Assembly: GCA_010909165.1 (NCBI GenBank)
Contig: MU008160.1
Coordinates: forward strand, 1 to 64,000
Length of the DNA stretch: 64,000 nucleotides
Origin: Anthoceros angustus
Lineage: Eukaryota > Plantae > Anthocerotophyta
Reading direction: 5' to 3'
Shown one piece after another: positions 10,664-23,199 of the stretch. The position numbers and the translations under genes were made by a program. Position 1 is the first letter of the stretch. Each line of letters opens with the position of its first letter. The notes under the pieces were generated by a model. The model worked only from the letters and a program-made list of their open reading frames with translations. It was not told the DNA's origin and did not search any database.

Positions 10664-12391
10664 CTCCAAAGGCCTTAGAACCTTCCACAGCTGCCTTGCA
10701 AAACGGGTATACGCAATAGGCTGACGAAGAGCCCAACAAATGAGCTGTGGAGGTCTGACAGGCCTTCAACGTGATTGAGCACTACTCCACTTCGATTGAA
10801 AGTGCGATTGCTGTTGCTGATGAGACCGCAAAGACAGAAGTTGTGAGCAAGCCTGAATGTGTGAAGCAGCTAAAGCTTGTTGACATGCTCGGCTCTGGCT
10901 ACCTGCTTTATAGTGGCCCCATTTGCTCAAAGACGCGTCTGCAGTTGCCGTCAACGTCCCAGCCTCCAGGTGCTTCACTAAAGAACTCATATCTTCAACG
11001 ACTTGCGCCAGCTGCAGTCAAGTCAAGCTGGACACGCCATCTTTCCGACATTTGACTCCTCCAGGATGCATGCTACTCCCAGGCCCAACGGGCCCACACA
11101 TCCCCACCTGGGGCCTACTATGCAGCAACGAAGGACTGGTGTCAGCATCCCACGGAGAGCCTGACAGGACATACAGCACACGAATCCGGTAACTGCAATT
11201 GTTTAGTAGAGACTAGAGTCGTAATCATGTTGGCAACATCATATCCACATAGCTACAGGCTACAACCCGTCGTTGAGAATAGAGACTTTATTATGAAAAA
11301 AAGATTGGAAAAACCCATCCAACCGAGACAAAGGAAACAACCCTTAGAGAGTACAAGACCATAGCACTAACCCCCGTTGTGGCCGATCTTGTAGCTACCG
11401 ACCGCGCCAAGAATATCAAAATCGGGGATAGGAATCTTCAAGATGTACATGTTTCAGCTTCATTGTGCAAGCTTGCCTCCCATTGGCAACGATATCGCAT
11501 GCATTCAGCTATTGGAAGCAGCCAATTGAAGACCCTTGTTACATGTGTGAAGTTGACCCATTTCATACGATATCTGCATCCGGTGCTGAAATTCCGACCA
11601 GATGCGGTATCCTCGTCGAATGCCCCAGATTCTACTAATCTGATGACTTTTGCATCGAAGGTGGATTGGCTCCATCCCGCATCCACTCTACCCATAGAAG
11701 GTTTGTGGCTACAGGCTACAGCTGCCCGCAGGAAGCATCCTTGGTGTTACAACGCGAAGGTGTGCAGGAAGCTGCCTGAGGTCACGAATGTCGTGTTGAC
11801 TCCTTGCATTATTTTGCATAATTTTGAAAGTCTGCTGCCAATGCGTACCCGATCATAAACGACAACAAACAAGGTGGCCTCCGCTAACGTGTGTGGAGAG
11901 TGTCTTTCCTTTCTTAAGAATCGGCTGTTCTTGCACATCTCTTGGTCATGTGATCACATGTGAACCATTCCTAGATTGTTTGGCTACTATGCCTAGTTTT
12001 GTTGTAGTGGAACTTTACGGAAGGATCTGAGTACGGTTGTGATGAGAAGCCGTTCCAGAATACCAAATCATGAGATGCTTGGTGTACTGCTTGCTTCCAG
12101 GAGGCCATGTGCAAGGTAGTTATAGTACATGGAAAGAACATGATGTGCAAAAGCGCTGGAATTGCAGTACTGCACGGGTAGGTTGACAACTGGTACATTT
12201 GCGCTGAGAGAGTCCTGTACCGGTGGAGACCGAACGAGGCTTTGGATGCGTGTGCCCATCTTGAAGAATTGAACTTGGAACGATGAGCCACAACGACATC
12301 CATTGATGGTAGAATCATATTTGTATTGGAACGATGAGCCACACGACATCTACAATACAGAGTATCGAAAAACATGTTACAGATAGCTATA

Positions 12392-13073
12392 TCAATGTGG
12401 GTAGAAGGCCTCCTGTGTCTTCTCGAGGGACTTCACGTACTTGGCACCCACGCCAAACGTTTGTGACAGAACATCCACAGGGATGCCTGAGGTGAAGAGG
12501 GCCGGGGCGAAGTTGGAAGCCGGAGAGTACTGCGTGTTGAGAGCTGAGATGACCCAGGACGCACCATCTGCCACATTCTTCATGAAGATCAAGGAACCCC
12601 TTGGGAACACAAACACCTCACCCTTCTTCAGCACGGTGGTGTAGAGCTTGTAGGCTTGGGACGGCACGAACCCCACCTCCAGCTCGCCTTCCACCAGGTA
12701 GATGATCTCCGTGGCCCTGGCGTGGTGGTGCGGTGGGTTGAGCCCACCCTTAGCGAAGTCGATCCGCTGTAAAGCGATGCCGAGCGTGTTGAGCCCCAGA
12801 ATACGTTCACGAATCCGCTGGTGACAACTGCTCCAAGAGGGTGCTTGCTGGTGTCGCCGGGTGTAACCAGGCCGGAGAACTTGAAGTCCTCGGCAGTCGT
12901 GTCGGCCACGGACTTGCACGGGAATCCATTGATGTGGGGTTGGGGTTGCTGGTGTCTTGGACGCAGAAATCCTGCAACGGGTCGGCGTCGTTCGCCAGGA
13001 TGAAACCCGGCGTAGAAGCAAGGAAGCAGAGCACAGCAGCCGCCACCACCGTGATCTGGACCCTCGTTGCCAT
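12392..13073 (-). CDS. Germin-like protein, copy 2; close paralog of copy 1, frameshifted
   Basis: MATRVQITVVAAAVLCFLASTPGFILANDADPLQDFCV...; GGLNPPHHHARATE; GEVFVFPRGSLIFMKN; ends EAFYPH. Confidence 0.95.
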
Positions 13074-14929
13074 CTCCAACCTTGCTGGTGGAGAAACAAG
13101 TTCCAACTCTGCAAGTTCACGTCCGAATTCTAAGCTGGTGCTAGCGATGTGTGCAATCACACCACTCACCCACCAATTCCTCCGACTAAATGAAAGCCGA
13201 TGGGCACTTCTACTGATGCAGGCCGTCAGCCTTGGCAGTGAAGATGTGAACTGCAACCTTCTGGTGTCGATCAAAGGCAGATGTTGCCCAGCTCGATTGA
13301 AAGAAAGAAGAATATTTGCTGAGAACTGCTGAGAACTCCTGATGAGATAGATGAGATATGGAGATCAGGCAGCCTGCAGCTATATGTGATCATGGCCCTC
13401 AGGAGCGTTTGGGGCGTTTGAACTTTGCAGACTCTGCACATGAGGTCAACTGAGTGCGGAAGGCACTCACTGCATCGTCATCGTTGCGCCGGCCTCTGTC
13501 AACGACTGGAGTCAAGCCTGACATGTCTTCAAGACTGACTAGTTTAATAAAACCACAGGCGGCGCAAGGCAGAGCCCACCCTCCACCATGACCGACAAGA
13601 AGAGCCATAAAAAAATTCATCAGAGGAGTATGAACAGTACTGTACACTGCGTATGTCAGCATCCTACTGATCTGACATAGATCTGCATTCCATTACCGTA
13701 ACGAATTCATAACCAAGTGATCAGATCCGCTTTGAGGCATTAGAAGATCCATCCATGAATCTACTTGAAAGCACGCAATCACCGACTGCAAGTGGCTGCA
13801 TTTGTCTACTTATAGCCCGAATCATACGACATCAAGAGGCTAGAGCCTGCCTGTAGTAAATTATGATTTCTGGTCTCATGAGATTTCAGGCAGCTCGGGA
13901 TCGATCATGATTCTCCTGATCAGATCTACTGGGTATACCCATGATGCATACAATGTAATGTATGTAAGCTTTCAAATGTAATACATGAAGCTGTGGAGGA
14001 AGCAGCGCCGTTGAATTGACGCTATTGGGGGTCATTCCTGGTCGCGCACATCACCTGCTCATGCATTAGAATACGATGAAGAGCTACGTGGCTGCCGTGG
14101 CAGGTTCCACAAAGAGCAAGCAATTTGCAAAAGGTACCGGCTGTGCCGTCCATCGGTCCCGAGCTCGTCCCGTAGATCTTTCCATGGGCTTTGTGTACAT
14201 TTGCTCCAATTATGATTTATTCTCTGAAAAGGCCATCTTCAAAACCAGTTTAAAAATTCATGGTAGTGGATACATCACAACGACATGAGATTCGAATACA
14301 TGAATATTAGGAGGTACTTGTCATGGATATCCTCCAGTGGGTGCTTAGTCATATTGACGGTCCTCTTCAAGTACTTCCGGATCTTGGTGGTCGATGGTAA
14401 CCAAGGTTTGTAATCACCACACCAGCACCTAATCGTATGCTCTCCAATCCCTCCTTTTTATCCAATGCTTGAGATGCCTTCCACAAACCTTTTCAGGTTT
14501 GCTATTCCACTATAGCTGCAAATCTCTCTCTTGCCGACCACTCTGCCTGTGAAGTTGGACTTCGAGATCAAGTTAACGCTACCCATAATTCACTCTCATC
14601 AGCCTAAGGACTCATGCTGTTCATAGGTATCATGAAGAGAACGAGATTGTTAGCGACACGAGATAGGAAGGAGGAGAATTTGAAGGGCATAACCTTCAGG
14701 CTACGTAAGCTTATTTTCAGAGTAAACAAACACTAGTACACACAATAGGACAGCTTCTTTCTATTTATGTATAATGTGCTTTGTCGGAGTGGAGTTCATG
14801 TACTAGCAATGTTCAGAGGCTATGGGGTGGAGGTGATCTCTTTAAGGGACCCTCAGCATATGTGACAAAACAGAGTACATTTGTAGTAAACAAAACTGGG
14901 CATGATGATAGGTAGGAGAATTCCAAATT

Positions 14930-15629
14930 CTACAGATGAAACAAGCGTTTCTGCGATTTGACGATGTGCTTGGCCTTGTTGCTGATGCCGAAAGCCTGTG
15001 CCAGGACATCCAAAGGGATGTTAGAGCTCAGGAGCGCACTCGCAAAGCTCTGAGGCGGGAGTACTGGGTGTTGAGCGCAGAGATGACCCAGGACGGGCCT
15101 GCTGCCACATTTTCATGAAGATCAAGGATCCCGAGGAAACACGTACACCTCGCCCTTGAGGAGCGTGGTCTTGTACAGCTTGTGGCTTTGAGATGGCATG
15201 AATCCTACCTCCAGCTCTCCTTCCACCAGGTAGATGATCTCTGTAGCCTGCGTGATGATGCGGGGGTTGAGCCCTCCCTCGAAGTCGATTCTGTGCAATG
15301 CGATTCCCAGGGTGTTGAGCCCGGGAACACGTTCACGAATCCGCTGGTGACCCACGGCTCCCAGAGGATGCTTGCTGGTGTCGCCCGGCGTCTTGAGACC
15401 CAGGAATTTGAAGTCCTCGGCTGTGGTGTCGGACTCCGGCTTTGCAGCCGTTCACATTGAGGCTGGGGTCGGTGGTGTCCAGAGCCACGCACAAGTCCTG
15501 TAGTGGGTCGGAATCGGCAGCGAAAGTGACGCCCGGGCGCCCGACATGAAAGCAGAGCGCTGTCATGATCATGACGAGCTGGAGCTTCGTGCTTGCTGAT
15601 CCGGATCGGGATCGCCTCATGTAAGCCAT
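14930..15629 (-). CDS. Germin-like protein, copy 3; more divergent, several frameshifts
   Basis: DSDPLQDLCVA, PGLNTLGIALHRIDF, ATEIIYLVEGELEVGF, GEVYVFPRG(S)LIFMKN, SWVISALNTQ. Repaired end ...SQKRLFHL*. Confidence 0.9.
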
Positions 15630-18500
15630 GATTTCAGCCTTCAGGACGTGCCCTGCTCAGGTCAGCTTCTGACAAGGCCAGCTCGGTGCAGTCTCGATCT
15701 GGGATGGGTGATGCTGCAGCAGTCTAGGCAGTGCTCAATGACAACAGCCTTGAGAAGCAGGATTGTCAGAAGTAGATGGAACACATCGCAGGCATGTATG
15801 GAAATTTATACCACCCCACAGTCCACACACACCTTTTCACGACTGGTCGTGTTTGCACAGCTTTCGAGCCCAAGATCCTCAGCAATTCCACAAGATTTGA
15901 GGAACCAATCGACTGGCTGATACTAAAAGTCTGCTCTCCGATAGTCGAGCATTTCGGTGCATACGTTGTGCATATGAGCCGCTGCCTGATATCTCTCTAT
16001 CGGCAGATAATGGTACAGGTAGCTGAGATTGGTGATGGCAATTGTCTTGAATGCACCGCCAGGATGGGCTGCCGACCATCTGAAAGCCTTGGGCGAAGAG
16101 CGATTGGTACTTTGGTTGATGCTAGCACTTTCTTCTTCGCAGTGTTTTTGGGGCCAAGGTAACCGGTTGCATCAACAAAATCACAGCCAGAAACTCGGGC
16201 TTTGGGGCTGTGGCTGCTACAGTTTGCACAGTGACTGACTGGTCCTGGTGGCTGCTGGCTGGTGCCACTCACTGTCTAATTCCTACTTTGCATTCTTGTA
16301 TTGGCGAGTGGGTTACAGCCGAAAGATTTCCGAGCGGAACTACGCGTCTTCCCCAAATTCTGCAGGCACATTTTCACCTAGCTCTCACAGGTTTATGGGC
16401 CCGGAACCCTAGATCCTTGACTCGAGGTCCGCACGCTTGTGGAGACGACTGCTGTTCAGGACTCAAGTCAAAGTTGATGAGCATGCTCATCAACAGATCC
16501 TGCAAGGAAACAACCAGCGAAGCTCGTCAAGGCCAATGGAAAGTGGGAGCGGGAACCCATCTGGGCCCAGGGGAGTGGGCTGCTCGATTGTCGTGAGCTT
16601 TCATCAGGTACATTAATCTTGTCAACTCCACAACCATAATTCAGCCTGTCTCTGACAGACAACGAGCCAAGCCACAACAGAGCTCATTGGTGGGCAAAGA
16701 TTGTCCCACAACAACGTTGTGTCAGGCTTGACCCTTTAAAACACTCGGACAACCGGAAACCGGCATATTGTATGTTCAAATCCATCTTCAGACGCACCGT
16801 ATGTATCTACGCCGGTGACGGCCTGACAAGTCAATCTCAGACGCGTACTCATGCGATGGTGGAAGGGTATACATGCTGGGTTTCCTCCACGTTTCAAATC
16901 ATCCTATCTTCCACCACTCCACAGAATTTCAGATCGAACCAAGATTCATTACTCACTAGCACTCGAACAACTACAAGGGAGCTTGAATCCCGAGTCATCA
17001 AAACCGCTTGGTCGAGATCTCTTGTGAGGGACTTCACAAGTTCACACCACGACGTGATCACCCACAAGTCTTGGCTCTCAGGCTCTCCAACCGATGGGAG
17101 AAAATCACCTTATAAGAAAAATTAGACGACATTCATCGGAGATGACAAAATTCAAACCGTTGTAAACCTTTTCCTACCAAAAGTTCAAACCCGTATAAAA
17201 GCTATCGTTGTAAAATAATAATATAAGTTATTCAAATACTACCACGTGACTAAACAAGGGTAGGGATATCATGAGTCATATCGTGAATATTTTCAATGAT
17301 GGATACATTTGCCTAGTCACTTGCAACAACACGGCCAAAACATCGAAAGGCTCTTCTAAGAATTTGTAAGACATCCACATCAAGTTCTTGGAAAGGGATA
17401 AATAAGCCTAGTGATGCTATGCGAGAACGAGGTGTTAGAAGAAGTAGCTTGGGAAAGCGACAGTGCAACTAGCAACAAGCCCACAATTAGCACATGTGCA
17501 ACCTTCAAATGCAAAGCGTTGAGTCCACAGCCTCCTATAATTGATGATGTCTAAGCAAGATTTCATTTCTCATAGCAAGACCTAGAGTTCCCCAGACTTG
17601 AGAGCCCATCAAGACCTCGAGTCCAAGCACACATCGGCCCCCATTACATCACCTTCATCCTGCACCCGGTTGCAATTGCCTAGTTCGAAATCAGCAGAGG
17701 TGTACTGTAGCCCATACCCGTGCTCGGCATCCGTCACGCAACTGGCTAGATATAGTAGAGCTCGCCTCAAATCGGGCGTCCCTGCACGGGCTGCAGACAT
17801 TGCAACGTCAGCATCTTGCCTCATGTAGACAGGTCCTTCCTTCCAGCTCAAATTGAGCCTCTGGCCATGGAAAATCAGCAAGATACCTTCACCACCATCC
17901 CAAAATGTTAGACAATGCAGAAGCTCCTTGTAGCCCTTCCGAGGCCACACCATGAGAGGGAGTCCAACAAAGTACCACCCTTGCCCACAGTAAGAGCTGC
18001 TGCGAGGCATCGCCGATGCATCATCCGCCATCTCCTAAGCCACCAAACCCTACCGTGCATGCGCTCCACACCCCTCCTCCAGCTCCCGGCCACCTCCACC
18101 ACCGCGCCGCGGCGACGCCGATCCGGACCTCGCACAAGTCCAACGCCTCTAGACATATGAAAAGGAGAGCGTTTCAGCTTTAATTAAAACAATGAAAATT
18201 ATCATGTCTTACGCAAATGAGTTAGTGGAGTGGTAGAGCAGCTTCTCTCGTGCTACTCACGGTATACTCGGCGTGCGCTCTCGGGCGCTCCTTATACGGA
18301 TGCATATTCAAGATATCAACCTCGAAGCGCCTATTCAACTCTCGTCATCCCATCTACTATGTATGGCGCGAACTCGGGGCCTTGATCTCCGCCTTCTTCT
18401 TGGCCTAAGGTGGAAAAAGAGCAGCTTCTTTCCTTCGCTCGCCATACGTAATCGCTCTACCCCTCTTCATGTCCCTCGCCGAGTTTGCCGCCTTTCCCTT

Positions 18501-21500
18501 TGTGGTGACCACATGGGTTTTCAGACCCCCTCGGAAAGGAGTGTTTTTTGTTTTGTGGTTAAGTTGTGAGAATCGTGTGGAGTTGGGATGTGAAGTAGGT
18601 TAGGAAATAAGAAAAGTCTACTAGAGCCTAGTAGGAGGAAGAGAGTCTAGTCCCGATCCGGGAACCTTGGAGGGGTTCTCGGCCGGTTGCTATGCTAGCT
18701 AACAGGGACTGTTGCTGCTATGACAACCCACTGGAACTGTTGCTATGGTAGCAACCAAGTCGGAGTTATTTTCCGATAAATGGAAAACCTAATTGGCGAA
18801 ATCATTGGAAATACCGAGCGAAGTAAGGTCCTATTATTTTCCAGTGGCGGAAGGACAAGGAATATTTACGGTGGGCACCTCAAGCTGGCGTGGATGGACG
18901 GAGGCGGAGAAGCAGGCGGCGTCGCGAATCCGAGCGACGAGCGCCTCGAGAAGAGCCAGGCCGGGTGGAATGCGGTCGGGCGGATCGGTGGCAGAGGCAG
19001 GCGGGAGGCGGCGAGGCGCAGACCGAGGAGGAGCCGAGGCGGAGCGAGATTGGTGGAGCTCGAGGCGCGTGGCGGGGCAGGAATCAGGGGCCACAGAATC
19101 ATCCAGTGAGAATAATCGGGCCGGCGGCTCTGGAGAAGGGTGGGCGGCTCGCGAGGTGGTAGAAGAGCAAGAGTGGGGCGGTGAAGTGAGGGGCCGTAGG
19201 GTGCAGGGAAGGAGGGCGTGCAGGTGGGGTGCAGGTGGTACGCACCCAGGAGTGCGGATTAAGGCGGGCAGGCGCACGGGGTCACCTCAACCACGGTTGC
19301 AGATTTTCTCCCGCCTCACATATTTGAGGGGGATGGTGGCAGCGGGGCGGGCGGCATGTTGACAAGAGGTGGAGTAGGGTTTCAATTCCGGTGGTGTCCG
19401 CTTTCAGTCGTGGAGACACGGAGATCTGGGCCGAGGCAGGCCGGGCACTGTGATGTAGGAGGGAGGTTGGTGGATTCGGTCGGAGAAAAATCGGGTGCAC
19501 TCCATCGTGAGATGTGGAGGCGGGCGGCGGTTCAGGATCCTTGATCAAGCGGCCGGTTAGAAGAATTTCGGTGAGTCGACCACGAAAGGGCGACACGTGA
19601 AGGCTTGTGGGAAGTGGAATGGCGGTGTGGCTTTACGCCAACTCTGGGCTCGTCACGGGACAAGGAGCATGGGACCTAAGAAGACCACTCCGGTGGCCAT
19701 TGAGGCCATTACCCATCAATGGCCCAACATGGGGCACGGAGAGTGAAGCGGGTCTTTGGTGGCTAAGCATCACTTGTCCTTCATGGACAAAAAGTGGTGC
19801 TACTGAGTGGTGGTTAGTTGAGGCACATGAGGGAGAAGGCCACGGGAAGGCAACGAGAACCAACCCCGCTGGAATATTCTTGTTCCAGCTGTCTATGAGA
19901 GGCTGAAGAGGAATGTGGAATAATCATTGATCCTTTCAGAAGCCATCTCCCAAAAGGCAGGAGGCACAAGGCCATTGCTCCCACATTGTCTAGGGTGGAG
20001 AATGGGGTCACCAACAAGTTAGACCCCGAGCTGGCGGATTAGCCAGTGGATCCGTGCTCTCAGCTCACTAAGAAGCTAGAGCACATTCAATTCTCTTTCT
20101 CTATGAGGTGGTGAGAGGGTCCAAGATAGATTGGGCTAGGATGTTCTATGACACAAGGCGAGGAGAGGGACCACTTGACCCTACCATCACCCCAGCCCTC
20201 CTATCTCCCTTCTTAATCCATTTTGACCATGCCAAGTTCTTTGGAGGGATAGAGATGGTCTCACCTTCCATGCCCGGTGTTTGAAAGAAGGAAGCCCAAA
20301 GAGGAGTCGAGGAAGAGGCCATCTCCGTGGAGTGAAGATGAGAAGTCCAAGTGTCCATGAAGAGGAATGTGGCGGTTGCTAAGGCATCCCATGTGCCAAC
20401 AGCTGGAGTTGCTAAGACCAACAGCACCAAGAGGTCGGGGGAGCACAGGGACTCCAACCACTCCTAGAGCCACAAGAGCACGCGAGCTCACACCCGGGAG
20501 GCAGGATAAAGGCCGGCAGCACAGTTCCGAGCCCGTGGCGGGAAGTGTCAGAGGAATCCCAACCACGGCCGAGTGACCCGAGAAAGTCACTACTGCTCAA
20601 GGGTGACCCTCAAGTATACCGGTGGTGGGAGAGTCACGCGAGATAGGAAGGAGGAACCCATCCCGAGGTTTGGGGCCTAACATCACCCCTGAAGATGGTC
20701 TCGCTATGGCACGCACTAGTGAGATGGAGGACCGATAGCTCGTCCTCTCTTTGTTAGGTTCTGGTAGCAGGGGAACAACAGGGAGGCGGTGAAGGAGCTC
20801 CAGAATGAAGCGGAGAAGGAGGTCTTGGAGGGACGCCTAGGTAGCATGGAAGCGGAATTAGGAAGGTCCGAGAAGAGTTGCGGAAGACCAAGGATCGGAA
20901 ACCCTCATGGTTCGCTCTCGGACGCACTGCACCATAGGGGGCTGCAGAATGTCATCTCGGATGCAAGTTCAGGAAACGGATGCCTCTGGGCGCTACAAGA
21001 AGGAGAGGGACGAGGCAAGGAAAGGTTGGAAAGAGGCCAAGAGGGCCGGGATTGCAAGGGAGCCACCGTGGAAGATGAGCCTCCATGGAAGAATCTGCGA
21101 GTTAGCAATGAGGTTGCTAAGCAAGCTGCGCCGCTAGGAAGCACAACTCCACCACTGCTAAGCAACAGCTCCAAGACCAGAGCTACAACAAGGAAGGGGC
21201 AACCGGGAGGAGGAGGACAAAGCAGGCCGGGGAGCGGGTAAGCACCGCCTAAGAAGTCTAACTTCCCAATGGTGCATTAGATTGAGGGATGCTTATCAAG
21301 ATAACCATGTGCGGATTCTCCTTGGTGGAGAGAAGATTGTCTCCCGAAAGTTTATGTTGTTGTGGGCAGAGGGACATGGAGGTACTTGATCCATGCCTTG
21401 GCACCGGATCCTACCTATGGGTTGGATTCTTAAGGAGGAAACTCTCAGACCCATCCAGATTCAAGAGCTCACCGAGGAGGAGTACAGGCTATGCGGCGAG

Positions 21501-22874
21501 CACAGAGAGAGGAGTCCTCAGGTAGAGATTTTATGGGAGAGATTGCCCAACCAGCCAAGAGGAGGAGAGCAAGAGGAGAACATGGGGCTAGGGCCTAGGA
21601 GGCCAGGAGAGGTGGGGTAAGTGGCCCGAAATAGCTAAAGGCCCATGTGTTATAGACGTAAATCTTATCTCTCATAGTGGAGAATTATAGATAGGCCTCT
21701 AGGATTGGTAGGCTAAGACCGATTGGTATTTTTGGCAAGCAGCCAAGCTTTTGTGGGCCGATCTTGGGTATAAGAGGCCCCTCTTGATGAAATGTAAGCA
21801 ATGTTGGCCTAAGTCTTGGTGTTTGGGGGTACGGGGTTTGGGGGTACCGGATCCGGTCTGTAAGTCTAGACTCTCGTCACTGAGGAGCCAAGAAGACTAC
21901 CTTGCCCGATCGTGGCCGGATCCGCAAGAGTGGTGGAAAGCAAGGGAGGGAGGTCTCCTTGGAGGAGTTTCCAAGGTCAAGAGGAAGGTTGTGAAGCCGG
22001 GAGGCTGTCCATCCTCCCTTCAGCTGTCTAGTACTCACCTTGTGTTTGAGTTTTCGGTGTGTTGGAGGTGTTTGGAAAAGGAACAAGAAAGAAGTGGAAA
22101 AGCTGGATGGGTTGGATGGCTGTTTGAGAGGGTAAGAAGGACGGAAGTCTGTTGTTGTGTTCTTGAAGAGAGGCATGAGTGGAGGTTGAAGATCCGTGAG
22201 TGGATGAGAGATGGAATGATTGAGGTATGACAAGTATTTTGAGAGTTGGTGAGGGGTTGAGGTCTGGATGAGAACCTTGTAAGGGCTGGAGAGGGAGTGA
22301 GGTGAGAAGTGATTAATGGGTGAGGGGTGTGAGAACAAGGAGAGTTGAAGAGAGGAGAAACTTGGAGGTGTGGAGGCTGCGAGGCACCCCAAGGCTGTGA
22401 GAGCTGGAGGGTGAGGAAGGTGAGCTGAAAGGTTGGAGAGAGGCAAGGAGGTCTCAAGAAGTCAAGAGTGAGGGGGTTATGGAGCGGTAATCGATTGGTG
22501 GATCTAACTTTGTGGATGAATAAGAGAGAGAGAGAGGAGAGATCTTATCCACTTGGATCCCCAAGTGGGCCACCCCTATTAATAGCGGACTGATCCCAAG
22601 GTGGGACCCCCTCTGCTAGAAATAGAGGGGTTGCTAAGATAGCAAGGTCGTCTGCTAAGGTAGAGGTCAGCGTGGCTAAGATAGCCACAGTGCGAGTGTT
22701 GTTAGGATAGTTGCAGTCATGCTAGATGTTTGTATGTCGTGTTTGGTTGGATTGGCTATGTTTTGGTTGTCTTGACACGAAATCACTCCCTTGGGTACGA
22801 ATCTCAAGTCTACAACGATAAAGAGGGTAAATGTGGCCTCTTTGTGACCACTTGGTTTAGAAAATCACTCCACA
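18501..22874 (+). repeat. 5' LTR (~4.37 kb)
   Basis: Starts tgtggtgaccacatggg and ends aaaatcactccaca. Collinear with 28578-32941. Confidence 0.9.
19669..21241 (+). pseudogene. Accessory ORF inside the 5' LTR
   Basis: Repaired frame: MGPKKTTPVAIEAI..QWPNM...KHHLSFMDKKW...RWNILVPAVYERLKR...FLYEVVRGSKIDWARMFYD...LSPFLIH, then a coiled-coil-like part ...RYKKERDEARKGWKEAKR. Confidence 0.6.
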
Positions 22875-22877
22875 TTT

Positions 22878-22888
22878 TGGCGCCCGTT
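22878..22888 (+). other. Primer-binding-site-like motif
   Basis: TGGCGCCCGTT 3 nt after the LTR end. It resembles the tRNA-Asp-type PBS TGGCGCCGTT; the tRNA assignment is uncertain. Confidence 0.55.
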
Positions 22889-23199
22889 CGAGTGTCATTG
22901 TTGTCAAGACCTTAGAGTAGACTAACCTTGTCTAGTAGTGTATTGGGAGTCTTGAGTGTGATACATGGATGCTACCCATTGAGTGAAAGTTCCGACTCGT
23001 GAAGAGAAGACTCCGAAGAAGACAACGCTGTCGTGGAGCGAGGCGGCCAAGGCGAGGAGAGCACAAAGTACGTAACCTGGGAGGAGCCAAGAAGCAACAG
23101 CTGCCTAGGATCGACCATCCTTGTCTTCGACCTCCGTCAACTTGTGCGACTGCGTGAACTCAAGAACTTTTGGACAGAGGCGTTGCTAACAGAGATCCC

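Noticed and set aside
11379-12100. Possible gene fragment between germin copies 1 and 2
   Set aside because: No recognisable motif in any frame.
12277-12350. Short direct repeat ggaacgatgagccac(a)acgacatc x2
   Set aside because: Simple local duplication downstream of germin copy 2 with no further structure.
16300-18150. Minus-strand Cys-rich coding-like remnants, including a possible SWIM-like CxC..CxH near 17300-17335
   Set aside because: Needs several frame changes and I cannot assign a family; too weak to call.
18219-18270. tRNA/SINE-like start (TAGTGGAGTGG fits an A-box)
   Set aside because: No B-box, cloverleaf or tail. It also overlaps coding-like sequence on the other strand.
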